24,000 nt of DNA from Pseudobdellovibrio sp. HCB154 (GCF_046267985.1 NZ_CP176530.1:478881-502880), one strand, 5' to 3'; counted from the stretch's first letter, positions 1 to 9,697 are shown. Notes: generated by a model from the letters alone, not told the origin. Program-made: numbers and translations.

Positions 1-562
1 TATCGCCAACGAAGTGACCCATTAAACCCATATTCACGATCATTGAGTAGAAATGTTTGTTAAATGGTAACTCGTCGTTTTGTTCTTCTTTGCTGTTTGC
101 TGGAGCTGGGTTCATCGCTACTTCTTCAGCGTCTTTTAAAGCTAAACGGTAAAACTGATCAGCTCTCCACCAGTTAGACCCGAAATCTTGTGGGATAGAT
201 TGAATGCGCGAATTGCGTTTATGCATGTTTTCTTTGCCCGTGTATTTTTCAACAATGGCTTTGTAATCAGTAGGAACATCTTTAATACCGATTCCTAAAA
301 TTTCTACATCGATAAAATGACCAGCGTCTCCGTGTTTGCGAGTGTCTGCAGATAATGATTTCCAGTAGATATCTGGAATATTGCACAGGTGACCCATCAC
401 ATGTTCTTTTTGTAATAAAAAATCTTTAAGTGGTTTGGCTTGCACAAGGTGAACAGCCGCTTCACAGATAGTGTGGTGGCCACGGTGACCCCACGCTAGC
501 GCGTTCTGTGCGCTGAACGCTAAACCCACAACAGTTAACGAAGAAAACAGTTTTAATGACAT
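1..562 (-). CDS. S1/P1 nuclease-family / zinc-dependent secreted nuclease (partial, truncated at left window edge)
   Basis: Reverse translation from ATG at 562: MSLKLFSSLTVVGLAFSAQNALAWGHRGHHTICEAAVHLVQ...NWWRADQFYRLALKD...HFYSMIVNMGLMGHFVGD. Signal peptide followed by mature N-terminal WGxxGH and a HFVGD motif, typical of the S1/P1 nuclease family. Open to the window edge, so absent from the ORF track. Confidence 0.8.
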   Translation of the reverse strand, partial: MSLKLFSSLTVVGLAFSAQNALAWGHRGHHTICEAAVHLVQAKPLKDFLLQKEHVMGHLCNIPDIYWKSLSADTRKHGDAGHFIDVEILGIGIKDVPTDYKAIVEKYTGKENMHKRNSRIQSIPQDFGSNWWRADQFYRLALKDAEEVAMNPAPANSKEEQNDELPFNKHFYSMIVNMGLMGHFVGD

Positions 563-648
563 AAAAGGACCCTTTCCCTTATTTTTTCAGCAGCTAGTTT
601 GGCTTTCCTGTTAAGGGGCCATCAAGTTATTTTTTTATTAATGCTTAC

Positions 649-1434
649 GTGTTGCACAGAGCTGCGATTTCCCTTATAAAATCAAGCGTGGGCGACACTC
701 TAAACACTTTCACATTCAAACCCATTGGCTTTATTAAAAGCGCTTATCCCGATAAATTTGGCGTTCCTCGCCAATCGGGGCTTGTTAAACAAACAGTGTC
801 TGAACTTTCGATCTTACCTGAATGGCAGCCTGAGTTTGCCTTACAGGGTTTAGAAGAATATTCGCACGTGTGGGTGACGTGGGTATTTCACTTAAATACC
901 AACACGAAATATCATCCAAAAATTCACCCCCCACGTTTAAAAGGTGAAACGATTGGTGTGTTTGCCACACGTTCTCCGCACAGGCCAAATCCTTTAGGAT
1001 TATCGTTAGCCACTGTTGAAAAAATTGAAGGCGGAAAAATTTATCTCGGCGGACTAGACTTAGTTGATGGAACACCGATCTTAGATATCAAACCATATCT
1101 TCCGCAGTTTGAATCTTTACCATCGGCGCGTGGTGGCTGGGCTACAAAAGATGAAAACCAAGTGGCGACGATTGAAGTTTCTTTCAACGACGAAGCTCGT
1201 GTGATCTTAAATCATTGGATGGAGCGTTTAGATAATTCTAAATTAGAAGAAACCATTATTGATATTTTAAAACAAGATCCGCGTCCGGTAGTTTACCGTG
1301 GTTTTGAAGAATCGGGTAATTCTCCGTACCGCAGTGACCATGCGTTTCGTTTGTATGACGGAGATATTCATTTTCGTTTTACCGCGCCCACGAAGGCCGA
1401 AGTTTTTGCCATTAAATTTGTGAGTGAAAAATAA
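649..1434 (+). CDS. trmO: TsaA/TrmO-family tRNA (N6-threonylcarbamoyladenosine-N6)-methyltransferase
   Basis: FKPIGFIKSAYPDKFGVPRQSGLV, LEEYSHVWVTWVFH, GVFATRSPHRPNPLGLSLATVEKIEG, LDLVDGTPILDIKPYLP are characteristic TrmO motifs. The start is a GTG with no clear RBS, so the true start may be slightly downstream (e.g. GTG at 688). Confidence 0.9.
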   Translation: MLHRAAISLIKSSVGDTLNTFTFKPIGFIKSAYPDKFGVPRQSGLVKQTVSELSILPEWQPEFALQGLEEYSHVWVTWVFHLNTNTKYHPKIHPPRLKGETIGVFATRSPHRPNPLGLSLATVEKIEGGKIYLGGLDLVDGTPILDIKPYLPQFESLPSARGGWATKDENQVATIEVSFNDEARVILNHWMERLDNSKLEETIIDILKQDPRPVVYRGFEESGNSPYRSDHAFRLYDGDIHFRFTAPTKAEVFAIKFVSEK

Positions 1435-1889
1435 TGACAGAACTTAACGAACAACATGACATTTTCGTTAAGCACTTAAAAAGATTTGATCTCGTTCTAT
1501 TGCATTACCGTTATAAATTTCAAAATTCGTTTTATGCTCACCCAGCGGCATTGCCTTTAGAGTCGATGTTTTATATTTATGCTCGTGCTGAAAAAAATTT
1601 AACGATTCAATTTAGTTTTATTATCAATCGCGTTCAGCAACGAAGAATCGAAATTGAATTTCGTATGAACGATGGCGAGATGGGGTTTTTCTTATTAAAC
1701 GAATACCAAAAACGCCATCAGTTAGAGCATAAAATAGAAACTGCATTTTCTGACAGTTGTGATTTTGAAGTCGCTATGGAAAAATTTTTCGCTGATTTAA
1801 AACTGGCGGTTGAGACGCATTTGAATGACCAAATCTCGGGGTTCACCTTCGAGCGCCATAATGATCTAGGTCTTGGAAAGCTGGATTAG
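1434..1889 (+). CDS. hypothetical protein, translationally coupled to trmO (TAATG overlap)
   Basis: 151-aa ORF starting in the stop codon of the upstream gene; no family recognised. Confidence 0.75.
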   Translation: MTELNEQHDIFVKHLKRFDLVLLHYRYKFQNSFYAHPAALPLESMFYIYARAEKNLTIQFSFIINRVQQRRIEIEFRMNDGEMGFFLLNEYQKRHQLEHKIETAFSDSCDFEVAMEKFFADLKLAVETHLNDQISGFTFERHNDLGLGKLD

Positions 1890-2033
1890 AGCGGATTTAG
1901 CACTGTCTATTCCCTTTACAGTCCTGAAAAATCGCCAAAACTATGCTTAACACGTCGCCATTTTCTAGAGATTTTGCCTAATATATGGTTTATTGGTTTG
2001 GTTTGAAAATAACGCTAAGTAGGGGAGATTTGC

Positions 2034-3020
2034 ATGCAAACGCAAGACGCTGCTAAAAAAGAGACTCAATCAACGTTACGTAAAGTTCCAACATTAAGCC
2101 TTGGAAGTTACACGAAAGGCTCTGAAGCCGACAAAGTGAAGTTCATCGAACAGCTTTTCACAGGCATTAAAGATTACGGTTTTATCGTGTTAAAAGATCA
2201 CGATGTTGATCAAGATCTTCTTAAACAATCGTATCAAATCTTAGAGAAATTCTACGCGCTTCCAGATGCAAAAAAACGCTCTTACATTTCTGAAAAAGGC
2301 GGCGGTCAACGTGGTTACACGGCGTTTGGTACTGAGCACGCTAAAGGCGCTGAAGTAAAAGATTTAAAAGAATTCTGGCACGTGGGTCGTGAAGTTCCAG
2401 ACGATCACCAATTTTCTAAATACTATCCAAAAAATATTTGGCCAGATGACACGATTCCTGAATTCCGTCCGGTGTTTGAAAAGTTATTTTCTAAACTAGA
2501 AGAAGCCGGAATCCAAATGATGGAAGCCTTAACGTATCCATTAGAAGTTGAAAAAACTTATTTTAAAAACATGGTGCAAGAAGGTAACTCGATCTTACGT
2601 TTACTTCATTACCCGCCAATTCCAGAGGGCACTGATCCTCGTTGCATCCGTGCAGCGGCTCATGAAGATATTAACTTTATCACGATATTACCTGCAGCTA
2701 CGCAGTCAGGTCTTCAATTAAAAGACCGCGATGGCACTTGGTTAGATATCGAATCTGATTTCGGAACATTAATCGTTGATGCGGGTGATATGTTAGCGCG
2801 TTTAACGAATGAAGTGATTCCATCAACAACTCACCGAGTGATCAATCCACAAGATGGAACAAATCAGTCTCGTTACTCAATGCCTTTCTTCATGCATCCA
2901 CATCCAGAAAGTTTATTAAGCTGTTTACCATCATGCCGTGGTGCGGGCGCTAAATACCCAGACATCACAGGTCACGAATTTTTGATGCAAAGACTTCGTG
3001 AAATTGGTTTAATTAAATAG
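2034..3020 (+). CDS. 2OG-Fe(II) oxygenase, isopenicillin N synthase family
   Basis: GFIVLKDHDVD, LRLLHYPPIP, AAAHEDINFITILPAATQSGLQL (HxD), STTHRVINPQDGTNQSRYSMPFFMHPHPE (H...RxS). Good RBS (AGGGGAG) upstream. Confidence 0.9.
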   Translation: MQTQDAAKKETQSTLRKVPTLSLGSYTKGSEADKVKFIEQLFTGIKDYGFIVLKDHDVDQDLLKQSYQILEKFYALPDAKKRSYISEKGGGQRGYTAFGTEHAKGAEVKDLKEFWHVGREVPDDHQFSKYYPKNIWPDDTIPEFRPVFEKLFSKLEEAGIQMMEALTYPLEVEKTYFKNMVQEGNSILRLLHYPPIPEGTDPRCIRAAAHEDINFITILPAATQSGLQLKDRDGTWLDIESDFGTLIVDAGDMLARLTNEVIPSTTHRVINPQDGTNQSRYSMPFFMHPHPESLLSCLPSCRGAGAKYPDITGHEFLMQRLREIGLIK

Positions 3021-3074
3021 TCCGAGCAGCTTAACTCTCGCTGCCGGCAAAGTCTGGCCAGCGGAGAAGAAGCT

Positions 3075-3833
3075 ATGAGAAAAGATTTGTTACTAGGAAT
3101 TGGAGCCACGTTAATCGCGATGGCTCTTTTTTATTTTGCAGACCATCCCACTGAAGCTTTAAATATCAAAAAAAATAAAATCGACTCAGATTCTGATTAC
3201 AACGTTCCTACGACTAAGATTGTGAATGAAAGTGTTCCGGCTGAAGTCGCTCGCCCGGCCGTTTCAGCCTCGGCCGCTTTACAACCAGGAGCAGCGCGCG
3301 ACACGATTTCAAAAAACTTCGTCGAGCATTTAAAAACGATCGGCACCTGCTTAAAAGTCTCTACAGCGATTGATAATCCAACGATTGAGCCAACTTATGA
3401 TAATTTACTTGTCAGCTTACGCCCGGGCTTAGGTGAAGTTGTGGTGCAAATGGATGATTGGACTCAGTTAGATCTGCAAAACCCAGATGGCTCACGCAAA
3501 AGAATTCGTACGGAAGTGAACTACGAAAATCCAAACGCACCGGTTAAATACGCCCAGCTTTACAATATCAACGATCAGGGCTTTCCTGAATTACAGCAAG
3601 TGGACCCCGAGAAAGCTCGTAATCCTTCGGATGATTATATTAATTATTTACGTGGAGGAGCCAACTTGGTTTTAGATGAACGCGGAAGCCGCGCCTATTT
3701 CCAAGAGGGTGAAGAGGTCGTTCTTGTTGAACGTGCCGGTATTATCGAATCTTTCTCGATTACGAAGAACGGCAAAACTGTCAGCTGTACGGGACTAGAT
3801 AAAATCGATTCCAACTGCCAGTGCGTCGAATAG
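3075..3833 (+). CDS. hypothetical membrane-anchored/exported protein
   Basis: 252 aa; N-terminal hydrophobic segment (LLLGIGATLIAMALFYFA), Cys-containing C-terminus (CTGLDKIDSNCQCVE). No recognised family. Confidence 0.75.
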   Translation: MRKDLLLGIGATLIAMALFYFADHPTEALNIKKNKIDSDSDYNVPTTKIVNESVPAEVARPAVSASAALQPGAARDTISKNFVEHLKTIGTCLKVSTAIDNPTIEPTYDNLLVSLRPGLGEVVVQMDDWTQLDLQNPDGSRKRIRTEVNYENPNAPVKYAQLYNINDQGFPELQQVDPEKARNPSDDYINYLRGGANLVLDERGSRAYFQEGEEVVLVERAGIIESFSITKNGKTVSCTGLDKIDSNCQCVE

Positions 3834-3862
3834 TCATAACTACCGACGTAAACACCGTGATC

Positions 3863-3934
3863 TTACGCGATCACGATGTGAGTTACGATAAGAGCAGCTA
3901 GTACAACCATTAATGACATATTTAAATTGTTCAT
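3863..3934 (-). CDS. putative 23-aa hydrophobic small protein
   Basis: Not in the ORF track. Minus-strand reading: gaaaggggaaaatccc ATG... = MNNLNMSLMVVLAALIVTHIVIA*. Strong purine-rich RBS (AAAGGGG) about 8 nt upstream; the peptide is one predicted TM-like stretch. Confidence 0.5.
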   Translation of the reverse strand: MNNLNMSLMVVLAALIVTHIVIA

Positions 3935-4155
3935 GGGATTTTCCCCTTTCTTGGGTGTATTCATAAAACGAAATTACCCCTATTTCCACTGTCATGATTC
4001 TGACAGGGATTAACTTCACGAAGTGACAAATATCGAAAAAAGTATGTCATCTGATTAGACGATCGCTGATCAGATGCCCGTAAAATTAAGCCTGTTCTGG
4101 CCAGTATTCTGCTGTAAACGTCATTAGCCCGTACCGGGTTTGGTGAGGACGTATT

Positions 4156-5712
4156 GTGAAAAAGCTTGGATTATACCTATTTTTAACGATTCTATTGCAG
4201 GCCATGACGGCTTCGGCTGATCTATGGACTGTCACTCAACAATGGACCCCAGAGCTTGAGGTGAAGTACTCGGAGTGGGTAAAAGCCAATGCGCGCGTAG
4301 ACATGTTCTCGCGTGAATTTTTAGATACGAAAAAGACGATTAAAAATCCTTACTTTGGAATGACCACTGACTGCGCGGATACAGTGTATGCGTTACGTGT
4401 GATTTTCTCTTTTGAAAATGGACTTCCTTGGGCGATTAAAAATCCAGCGAGCCCGACAAAATCAATCATCGCACAATCGATGAAACGTTTTGATAACTAC
4501 CCAGAAGGTCATCCACGCTTACGTGCTTTTTTTAATATGTTATTTGATATCGTTTCAACAACGAGCTTACAGCATGATACGTATCCGGTTTCTATTAATA
4601 ACATTCGCCCAGGTGTTATCATCTTAACGGCAAAAATTAACCACCACTCTTGGACAATTGCTGGTATCGATGCCAAAGGTAATCCCCGTTTAGTGTATAA
4701 CTCGGTTGTGGGTAAAGCTTCAGGTTCAAAATTACAACAGCGTTCAAGCTGGCCGAATCCTTTCTGGGTTTTTCAGCCCGATGAGAAATTAACGAATCCG
4801 GCAGATCCGTTATCAGCAAAAATTAAAGTTCCAACTTATGTTAATGATGGTTACGCTGGCTTTCGCTACTGGATTCCAACTGATAAATTACAAACTGATG
4901 CCCGCATGCTTTCTGAATACAGCAACGATCAATATCAGTTAGATTTAAAATCTTGGAAGCAAACGATTCAAACTAAATTAGCGACGAAAAAAGAATCGCT
5001 GCAAGAAATTGTTGAGCGTTTATTGAAAGATGCTTGTGATGATGTAAAACAACGTATTACGGCGATTGATGAAGCTGAACACTATAAAAAGCAATTAAAA
5101 ATCGCGATTGTTAAAGAAGCTGAATTAAATCAAAAGAAAATCAGTGCAAGTCCGTTGGCGCAAGAAGATGAAGATCTTTTAGATATTTTAAAAGGTTTCA
5201 GAGCTGAAGAAAAAGTTCTTCCGAATATACAGTGTTTGGTGGCGAAACAGTATGACCAGTTATCAACACCAAGCCGTGACCGCCGTTTATTTGATGCGGT
5301 GATGTTAGCACGTGCGTACTTCACGCACGGCATTCAGCACTTAGGAACAAAAGGTTTTAGCGATATTCGCTTAAAACAATTTAAGAGAATTTTTGCTCAC
5401 CCCGAATTATCAGCGCGTGCTGAATCTGATTTAGCAACAAAAGCTATTGCTCCAAGCGAATTATCAATTTGTCGCGTAAAAATTGGTAAAGAAACTTTAG
5501 ATATGGCTGAAATCAAGCGCCGTCTTTTCAAAAGCTATTTATCTTCAAACCCGAATGAAGATATTCTTGGCCGCTGGGGCGGACGTGAAGGTCAGGCTTC
5601 TGGCTTAGCACAAGTGTGTCCGACTTACGGCGAAGTTTATAACCCGTATGATTTAGACCAAGCTGAATCAGAAGCACAGAATGAAATCCAAACTTATAAA
5701 GGGATGAACTAA
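4156..5712 (+). CDS. secreted hypothetical protein, possible papain-fold/NlpC-P60-like N-terminal domain
   Basis: 518 aa; signal peptide MKKLGLYLFLTILLQAMTASA; TTDCADTVYALR (possible catalytic Cys) and NHHSWTIAGIDAKGNPRLVYNS (possible catalytic His); helical C-terminal half. Confidence 0.75.
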   Translation: MKKLGLYLFLTILLQAMTASADLWTVTQQWTPELEVKYSEWVKANARVDMFSREFLDTKKTIKNPYFGMTTDCADTVYALRVIFSFENGLPWAIKNPASPTKSIIAQSMKRFDNYPEGHPRLRAFFNMLFDIVSTTSLQHDTYPVSINNIRPGVIILTAKINHHSWTIAGIDAKGNPRLVYNSVVGKASGSKLQQRSSWPNPFWVFQPDEKLTNPADPLSAKIKVPTYVNDGYAGFRYWIPTDKLQTDARMLSEYSNDQYQLDLKSWKQTIQTKLATKKESLQEIVERLLKDACDDVKQRITAIDEAEHYKKQLKIAIVKEAELNQKKISASPLAQEDEDLLDILKGFRAEEKVLPNIQCLVAKQYDQLSTPSRDRRLFDAVMLARAYFTHGIQHLGTKGFSDIRLKQFKRIFAHPELSARAESDLATKAIAPSELSICRVKIGKETLDMAEIKRRLFKSYLSSNPNEDILGRWGGREGQASGLAQVCPTYGEVYNPYDLDQAESEAQNEIQTYKGMN

Positions 5713-5772
5713 GGTCCAGATTATTTAGTTACACTCTGGGTGTTGTCTCATGACTTCGCTAAACTAGAAGTC

Positions 5773-6888
5773 ATGAGAAACTTAATCATTTTACTCGTAG
5801 GCTTGTTCGCGTCTTTAACTTCTCAAGCTGAAATCATCGAATTTAAATTGCAAACTGAAGACCAAGCCTGCAAAGGGTTGTCGCAAGTTGTGGTCAGCCA
5901 GGATAAAATGGTTTTGTATCATCTTGAAGTTCCGATGTATGGAACAGGGCAAGTGCATTTACTTACAGGCAACTATCAAATCGATGCGGTTAATAAAGAG
6001 GGCTGTGCGTTTCAAGATGTAATTCAGATTTCTGATCTGCCGAATAAATTAATTAACGTTAACTTAGCAAAGTCAGTTCGTAAAACAGCCTCAACAGACA
6101 TGGAAACTTCGATGGGCTATGCAAAGCCTGCGGTTTTTAATCCGATGTCTTATAACTTATGGCCGTCTCCTTGGTGGGGCGGTTGGGGATACCAACAGTT
6201 CAATCAAAATTTCTATAACCCGTGCGGATGGAGTATGTACGGCTGTGGTGGAAACTATTATCCACATGGTGGCAACATCGCCATGGGTAAGCCAAATATC
6301 TACTTAACCGGAAAAGACGAAGGTAAGTTTAAATTAAAATTTACAGGGAATAGTTTTAACTTCTTAGCGACAGTGCCGTCGTTTAAAGAAAAAGAAATCA
6401 CCGGCGAACTTCGTAAAGGTAGTATTTATTCTGATAATACTTGGTACCCGTATTTATTTTACGATGCGCGTGTGAGTGACGAACATTTTCAAAGCACGCA
6501 AGGTTTCTGCGGAACGAGAAAAGAAATTTTCAAATTCATGATGGAAGGCTTGGCTAAATACGAATTCCCGAATCAGGCGAGAACTGATTTTGCTGAGTAT
6601 TGGTCAGTGAAAATTCCCGAAGCTTTAAAATACTGTGTCTACCCGCAAGCCAGCGCACAGTTAGATAAAGTGGCACCATTAGAATTTACTTTTGATGATA
6701 AATCACAGATACAAACAGAAAGATTATTTTACCTGGTGATTCCGCAAGACTATAAAGGTAAGCGTATTCCCACAAAAGAACACCGTTTTTCAGATAAACC
6801 AAAAAATCAATGGAAGCACTATAGCCGTACAGTGGCTCCAAAAATGCCTTATCTCTACGAGTGGGGTGTGGGCTTTATGTTTGAATAG
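5773..6888 (+). CDS. secreted hypothetical protein (starts at internal ATG, MRNLIILLVGLFASLTSQAE...)
   Basis: The ORF track starts at GTG 5740, but ATG 5773 begins a clean signal peptide. Contains an aromatic/Gly-rich segment (WPSPWWGGWGYQQFNQNFYNPCGWSMYGCGGNYY). No recognised family. Confidence 0.75.
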   Translation: MRNLIILLVGLFASLTSQAEIIEFKLQTEDQACKGLSQVVVSQDKMVLYHLEVPMYGTGQVHLLTGNYQIDAVNKEGCAFQDVIQISDLPNKLINVNLAKSVRKTASTDMETSMGYAKPAVFNPMSYNLWPSPWWGGWGYQQFNQNFYNPCGWSMYGCGGNYYPHGGNIAMGKPNIYLTGKDEGKFKLKFTGNSFNFLATVPSFKEKEITGELRKGSIYSDNTWYPYLFYDARVSDEHFQSTQGFCGTRKEIFKFMMEGLAKYEFPNQARTDFAEYWSVKIPEALKYCVYPQASAQLDKVAPLEFTFDDKSQIQTERLFYLVIPQDYKGKRIPTKEHRFSDKPKNQWKHYSRTVAPKMPYLYEWGVGFMFE

Positions 6889-6902
6889 TTCATTAAGTTA
6901 AA

Positions 6903-6940
6903 GAAATAAAAAAGGGACTTTTAAGTCCCTTTTTTATTTC
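6903..6940. terminator. bidirectional Rho-independent terminator
   Basis: Perfect 18-bp inverted repeat GAAATAAAAAAGGGACTT-TT-AAGTCCCTTTTTTATTTC, A-tract and T-tract on either side, between convergent genes 5773..6888 (+) and valS (-). Confidence 0.95.
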
Positions 6941-6978
6941 TCATCTCGAATTTAAACGTAGCGAAAAAGGCCTGGCAC

Positions 6979-9678
6979 CTATTGAAAACGAGTTAACGCT
7001 TCTTTAAGTGAAACGATTTGTACTTTTGATTGCGCCAGTAATTGGCGGTCGGCGGCGATCACGTCTTCATCAGCATTTGCTACGAACTTTTCGTTAGAAA
7101 GTTTGTTCGTTAAAAGATTGATATCTTTATCAAGCTTTTCAATTGTTTTTTGGATACGTTTTAACTCTTCACCAAAATCAACTAAACCTTCAAGCGGGAT
7201 GATCACTTTTACTTGCGCTTCACGTACTGATACCGGAGCCACGGCACATTTCATTAAGTTACCATCAGCACCGATGTCTAAGTTTTCTAAACGACCGATG
7301 GTCATGATCGCGGTGCGGTTCTCAGATAACGTTTTTTGAACTGAAGCTTCAGTCACGCCTAAACGAACAGTTAACTTCGTAGCTGGGCTAATACGGTTTT
7401 CACCGCGGATATTACGGATCGCTGTGATCACTTCTTTAACGATATCAATTTCATGCTCAGATTTTTTATTACCTAAAGCTAATAGCTCTTTATCGTTCGC
7501 CACTGTTGGGTACTGATCAATGATACAAGCTTCGCCTTTTAGCGGAAGTTTAGCATAGATCTCTTCAGTGATAAACGGGCAGAACGGGTGAAGAAGTCTG
7601 ATCATACGGTTTAGAACCTGTGCCATCACAAGTTGTGTCGCACGTTTTTCTTCTAAGTTCGTTGATTGCATGATTGGTTTTGAAAATTCAATATACCAGT
7701 CACAGAACTCATTCCAGATAAAGTGGTATAATTCTAAAGCGGCTTCAGAAAACTTTTCGCCTTCTAAAGATTCTTGAACTTTCTTTTCCACTTCGCCTAA
7801 TTTTGAAATGATCCATTGGTCAAATACGCTTGTGTGCGCTTTATTTGGTAAAGCCTTTAAACCTTCAGCTGGAATAGGCATATCGGCAATGTTTGATAAG
7901 ACGAAACGAGAGGCATTCCAAACTTTATTCATAAAGTTACGGTAACCCTCTAAACGTTGTTCAGAGAATTTAAAGTCTTTGCCGCTAAATAAATGGGCTA
8001 AGAAGCTAAAACGTAAAGCATCAGCTCCGTATTTATCGATCATATCGATTGGATCAATCGAGTTACCTAAAGATTTAGACATCTTACGGCCTTGGCTATC
8101 GCGCACTAAACCGTGAACGTAAACCGTTCTAAACGGCACATCTTTTTTAAATTCAACGCCCATTACGATCATTCTGGCTACCCAGAAGAAAATAATATCA
8201 TGACCAGTCACTAGGTAATTAGTTGGATAGAAAGTTTTTTGTGTTTCAACCGAGTGTTGGTCTTCATTTGGCCAACCCATAGTTGAAAACGGCCATAACG
8301 CTGAAGAGAACCACGTATCTAACACGTCTTCTTCTTGAGTTACTTTTGTACTTCCGCAGTGTTCACATTTCTCAGGAGCGATTTCAGCTACCGTGTGCTT
8401 TTCACAATCACCGCAGTGCCAAGCAGGAATTCTATGACCCCACCACAATTGGCGCGAGATACACCAGTCTTCGATGATGTTCATCCAGTGAAGGTAAACT
8501 TTTGTCCACGATTCTGGTTCAAAGCGGATTGTGCCTGATTCAACTACGCGTTTAGCAGGAGTCGCCAACTCTTCCATTTTTAAAAACCATTGTTCAGATA
8601 AGAACGGCTCAACCACAGCGTCTGTGCGCGAGCAGTGACCTACCGACATCATGTGTGGTTCTTCTTTAACTAATAAGCCAAGTGCTGTTAAGTCTTCGCG
8701 AACTTTTTTACGCGCTTCTTGAACTTTTAAACCCTGGTAAGGACCAGCGTTTTCATTCATCGTCGCTTTTTTAGTTAAGATATTAATGAAATCTAATTTG
8801 TGAGTTTTACCGATTTTGTAATCGTTAAAATCATGCGCCGGGGTAATTTTCACAACTCCAGATCCGAAATTAAGATCAACATAAGTATCTGCGATGATTT
8901 TAATTTTACGATTAATTAACGGAACGGTAACTGTTTTGCCGATTAAGTGTTTGTAACGTGGATCATCCGGGTGAACGCAAAGGGCTGTATCGCCTAACAT
9001 CGTCTCTGGACGAGTCGTTGCCACTGTTAAAAGTTCACCCGTGCCATCAACCGGGTAGTTGATGTGGTAAAGAGTTCCCTTAACTTGTTTGTGTTCTACT
9101 TCAAGATCTGAGATCGCTGATTCAAGCGGGCCTGACCAGTTCACTAAACGTTGGCCTTTGTAGATTAAATTCTTTTTGTATAAAGAAACGAAAACTTTAC
9201 GAACCGCTTTTGATACGCCTTCATCTAACGTGAATGTGGCGCGATCCCAGTCACAAGAATCACCAAGTCTGCGCATTTGACGGTAAATGCGGTCGCCGTA
9301 TTCGTGTTTCCATTCCCAAACTTTTTCTACGAATTTTTCGCGGCCCAGATCATGGCGAGTCACGCCGCCGTTTTTCTTTAATTCTTTTTCAACAACAGTT
9401 TGTGTCGCAATACCGGCGTGGTCTGTTCCTGGTAACCACATAGCATTGTAACCAGACATACGTTTCCAACGGATTAATAAATCTTGGATCGTGTGATCAA
9501 GCGCATGACCTAAGTGTAAAAAACCTGTGACGTTCGGCGGAGGTAAAATAATTGAGAACGGAGGTTTTGTTGATTGATCTTGAGCTTTGAAATAGCCCTT
9601 ATCTTCCCACTGTTTGTAAACAGTAGCTTCAACATCTTGAGGATTGTAACGGTCAGCTAACGTAGTTGGATTTGTCAT
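6979..9678 (-). CDS. valS: valyl-tRNA synthetase
   Basis: PPPNVTGFLHLGHALDHTIQDLLIRWKRM, LPGTDHAGIATQ, TTRPETMLGDTA, KMSKSLGN, C-terminal coiled coil. Real start is likely ATG at 9678 rather than TTG at 9684. Confidence 0.98.
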   Translation of the reverse strand: MTNPTTLADRYNPQDVEATVYKQWEDKGYFKAQDQSTKPPFSIILPPPNVTGFLHLGHALDHTIQDLLIRWKRMSGYNAMWLPGTDHAGIATQTVVEKELKKNGGVTRHDLGREKFVEKVWEWKHEYGDRIYRQMRRLGDSCDWDRATFTLDEGVSKAVRKVFVSLYKKNLIYKGQRLVNWSGPLESAISDLEVEHKQVKGTLYHINYPVDGTGELLTVATTRPETMLGDTALCVHPDDPRYKHLIGKTVTVPLINRKIKIIADTYVDLNFGSGVVKITPAHDFNDYKIGKTHKLDFINILTKKATMNENAGPYQGLKVQEARKKVREDLTALGLLVKEEPHMMSVGHCSRTDAVVEPFLSEQWFLKMEELATPAKRVVESGTIRFEPESWTKVYLHWMNIIEDWCISRQLWWGHRIPAWHCGDCEKHTVAEIAPEKCEHCGSTKVTQEEDVLDTWFSSALWPFSTMGWPNEDQHSVETQKTFYPTNYLVTGHDIIFFWVARMIVMGVEFKKDVPFRTVYVHGLVRDSQGRKMSKSLGNSIDPIDMIDKYGADALRFSFLAHLFSGKDFKFSEQRLEGYRNFMNKVWNASRFVLSNIADMPIPAEGLKALPNKAHTSVFDQWIISKLGEVEKKVQESLEGEKFSEAALELYHFIWNEFCDWYIEFSKPIMQSTNLEEKRATQLVMAQVLNRMIRLLHPFCPFITEEIYAKLPLKGEACIIDQYPTVANDKELLALGNKKSEHEIDIVKEVITAIRNIRGENRISPATKLTVRLGVTEASVQKTLSENRTAIMTIGRLENLDIGADGNLMKCAVAPVSVREAQVKVIIPLEGLVDFGEELKRIQKTIEKLDKDINLLTNKLSNEKFVANADEDVIAADRQLLAQSKVQIVSLKEALTRFQ

Positions 9679-9697
9679 AGGCAATCAGCCTAGCAAA

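Noticed and set aside
785-1075. Minus-strand 96-aa ORF inside trmO
   Set aside because: Fully antisense to a strongly recognised gene, with no domain signature.
1946-1984. Possible short ORF MLNTSPFSRDFA in the intergenic region before 2034
   Set aside because: Twelve codons only, no RBS; indistinguishable from chance.
7103-9443. Plus-strand ORFs 7103..7339, 8283..8477, 8335..8538, 9234..9443
   Set aside because: All antisense to valS, whose motifs are unambiguous.
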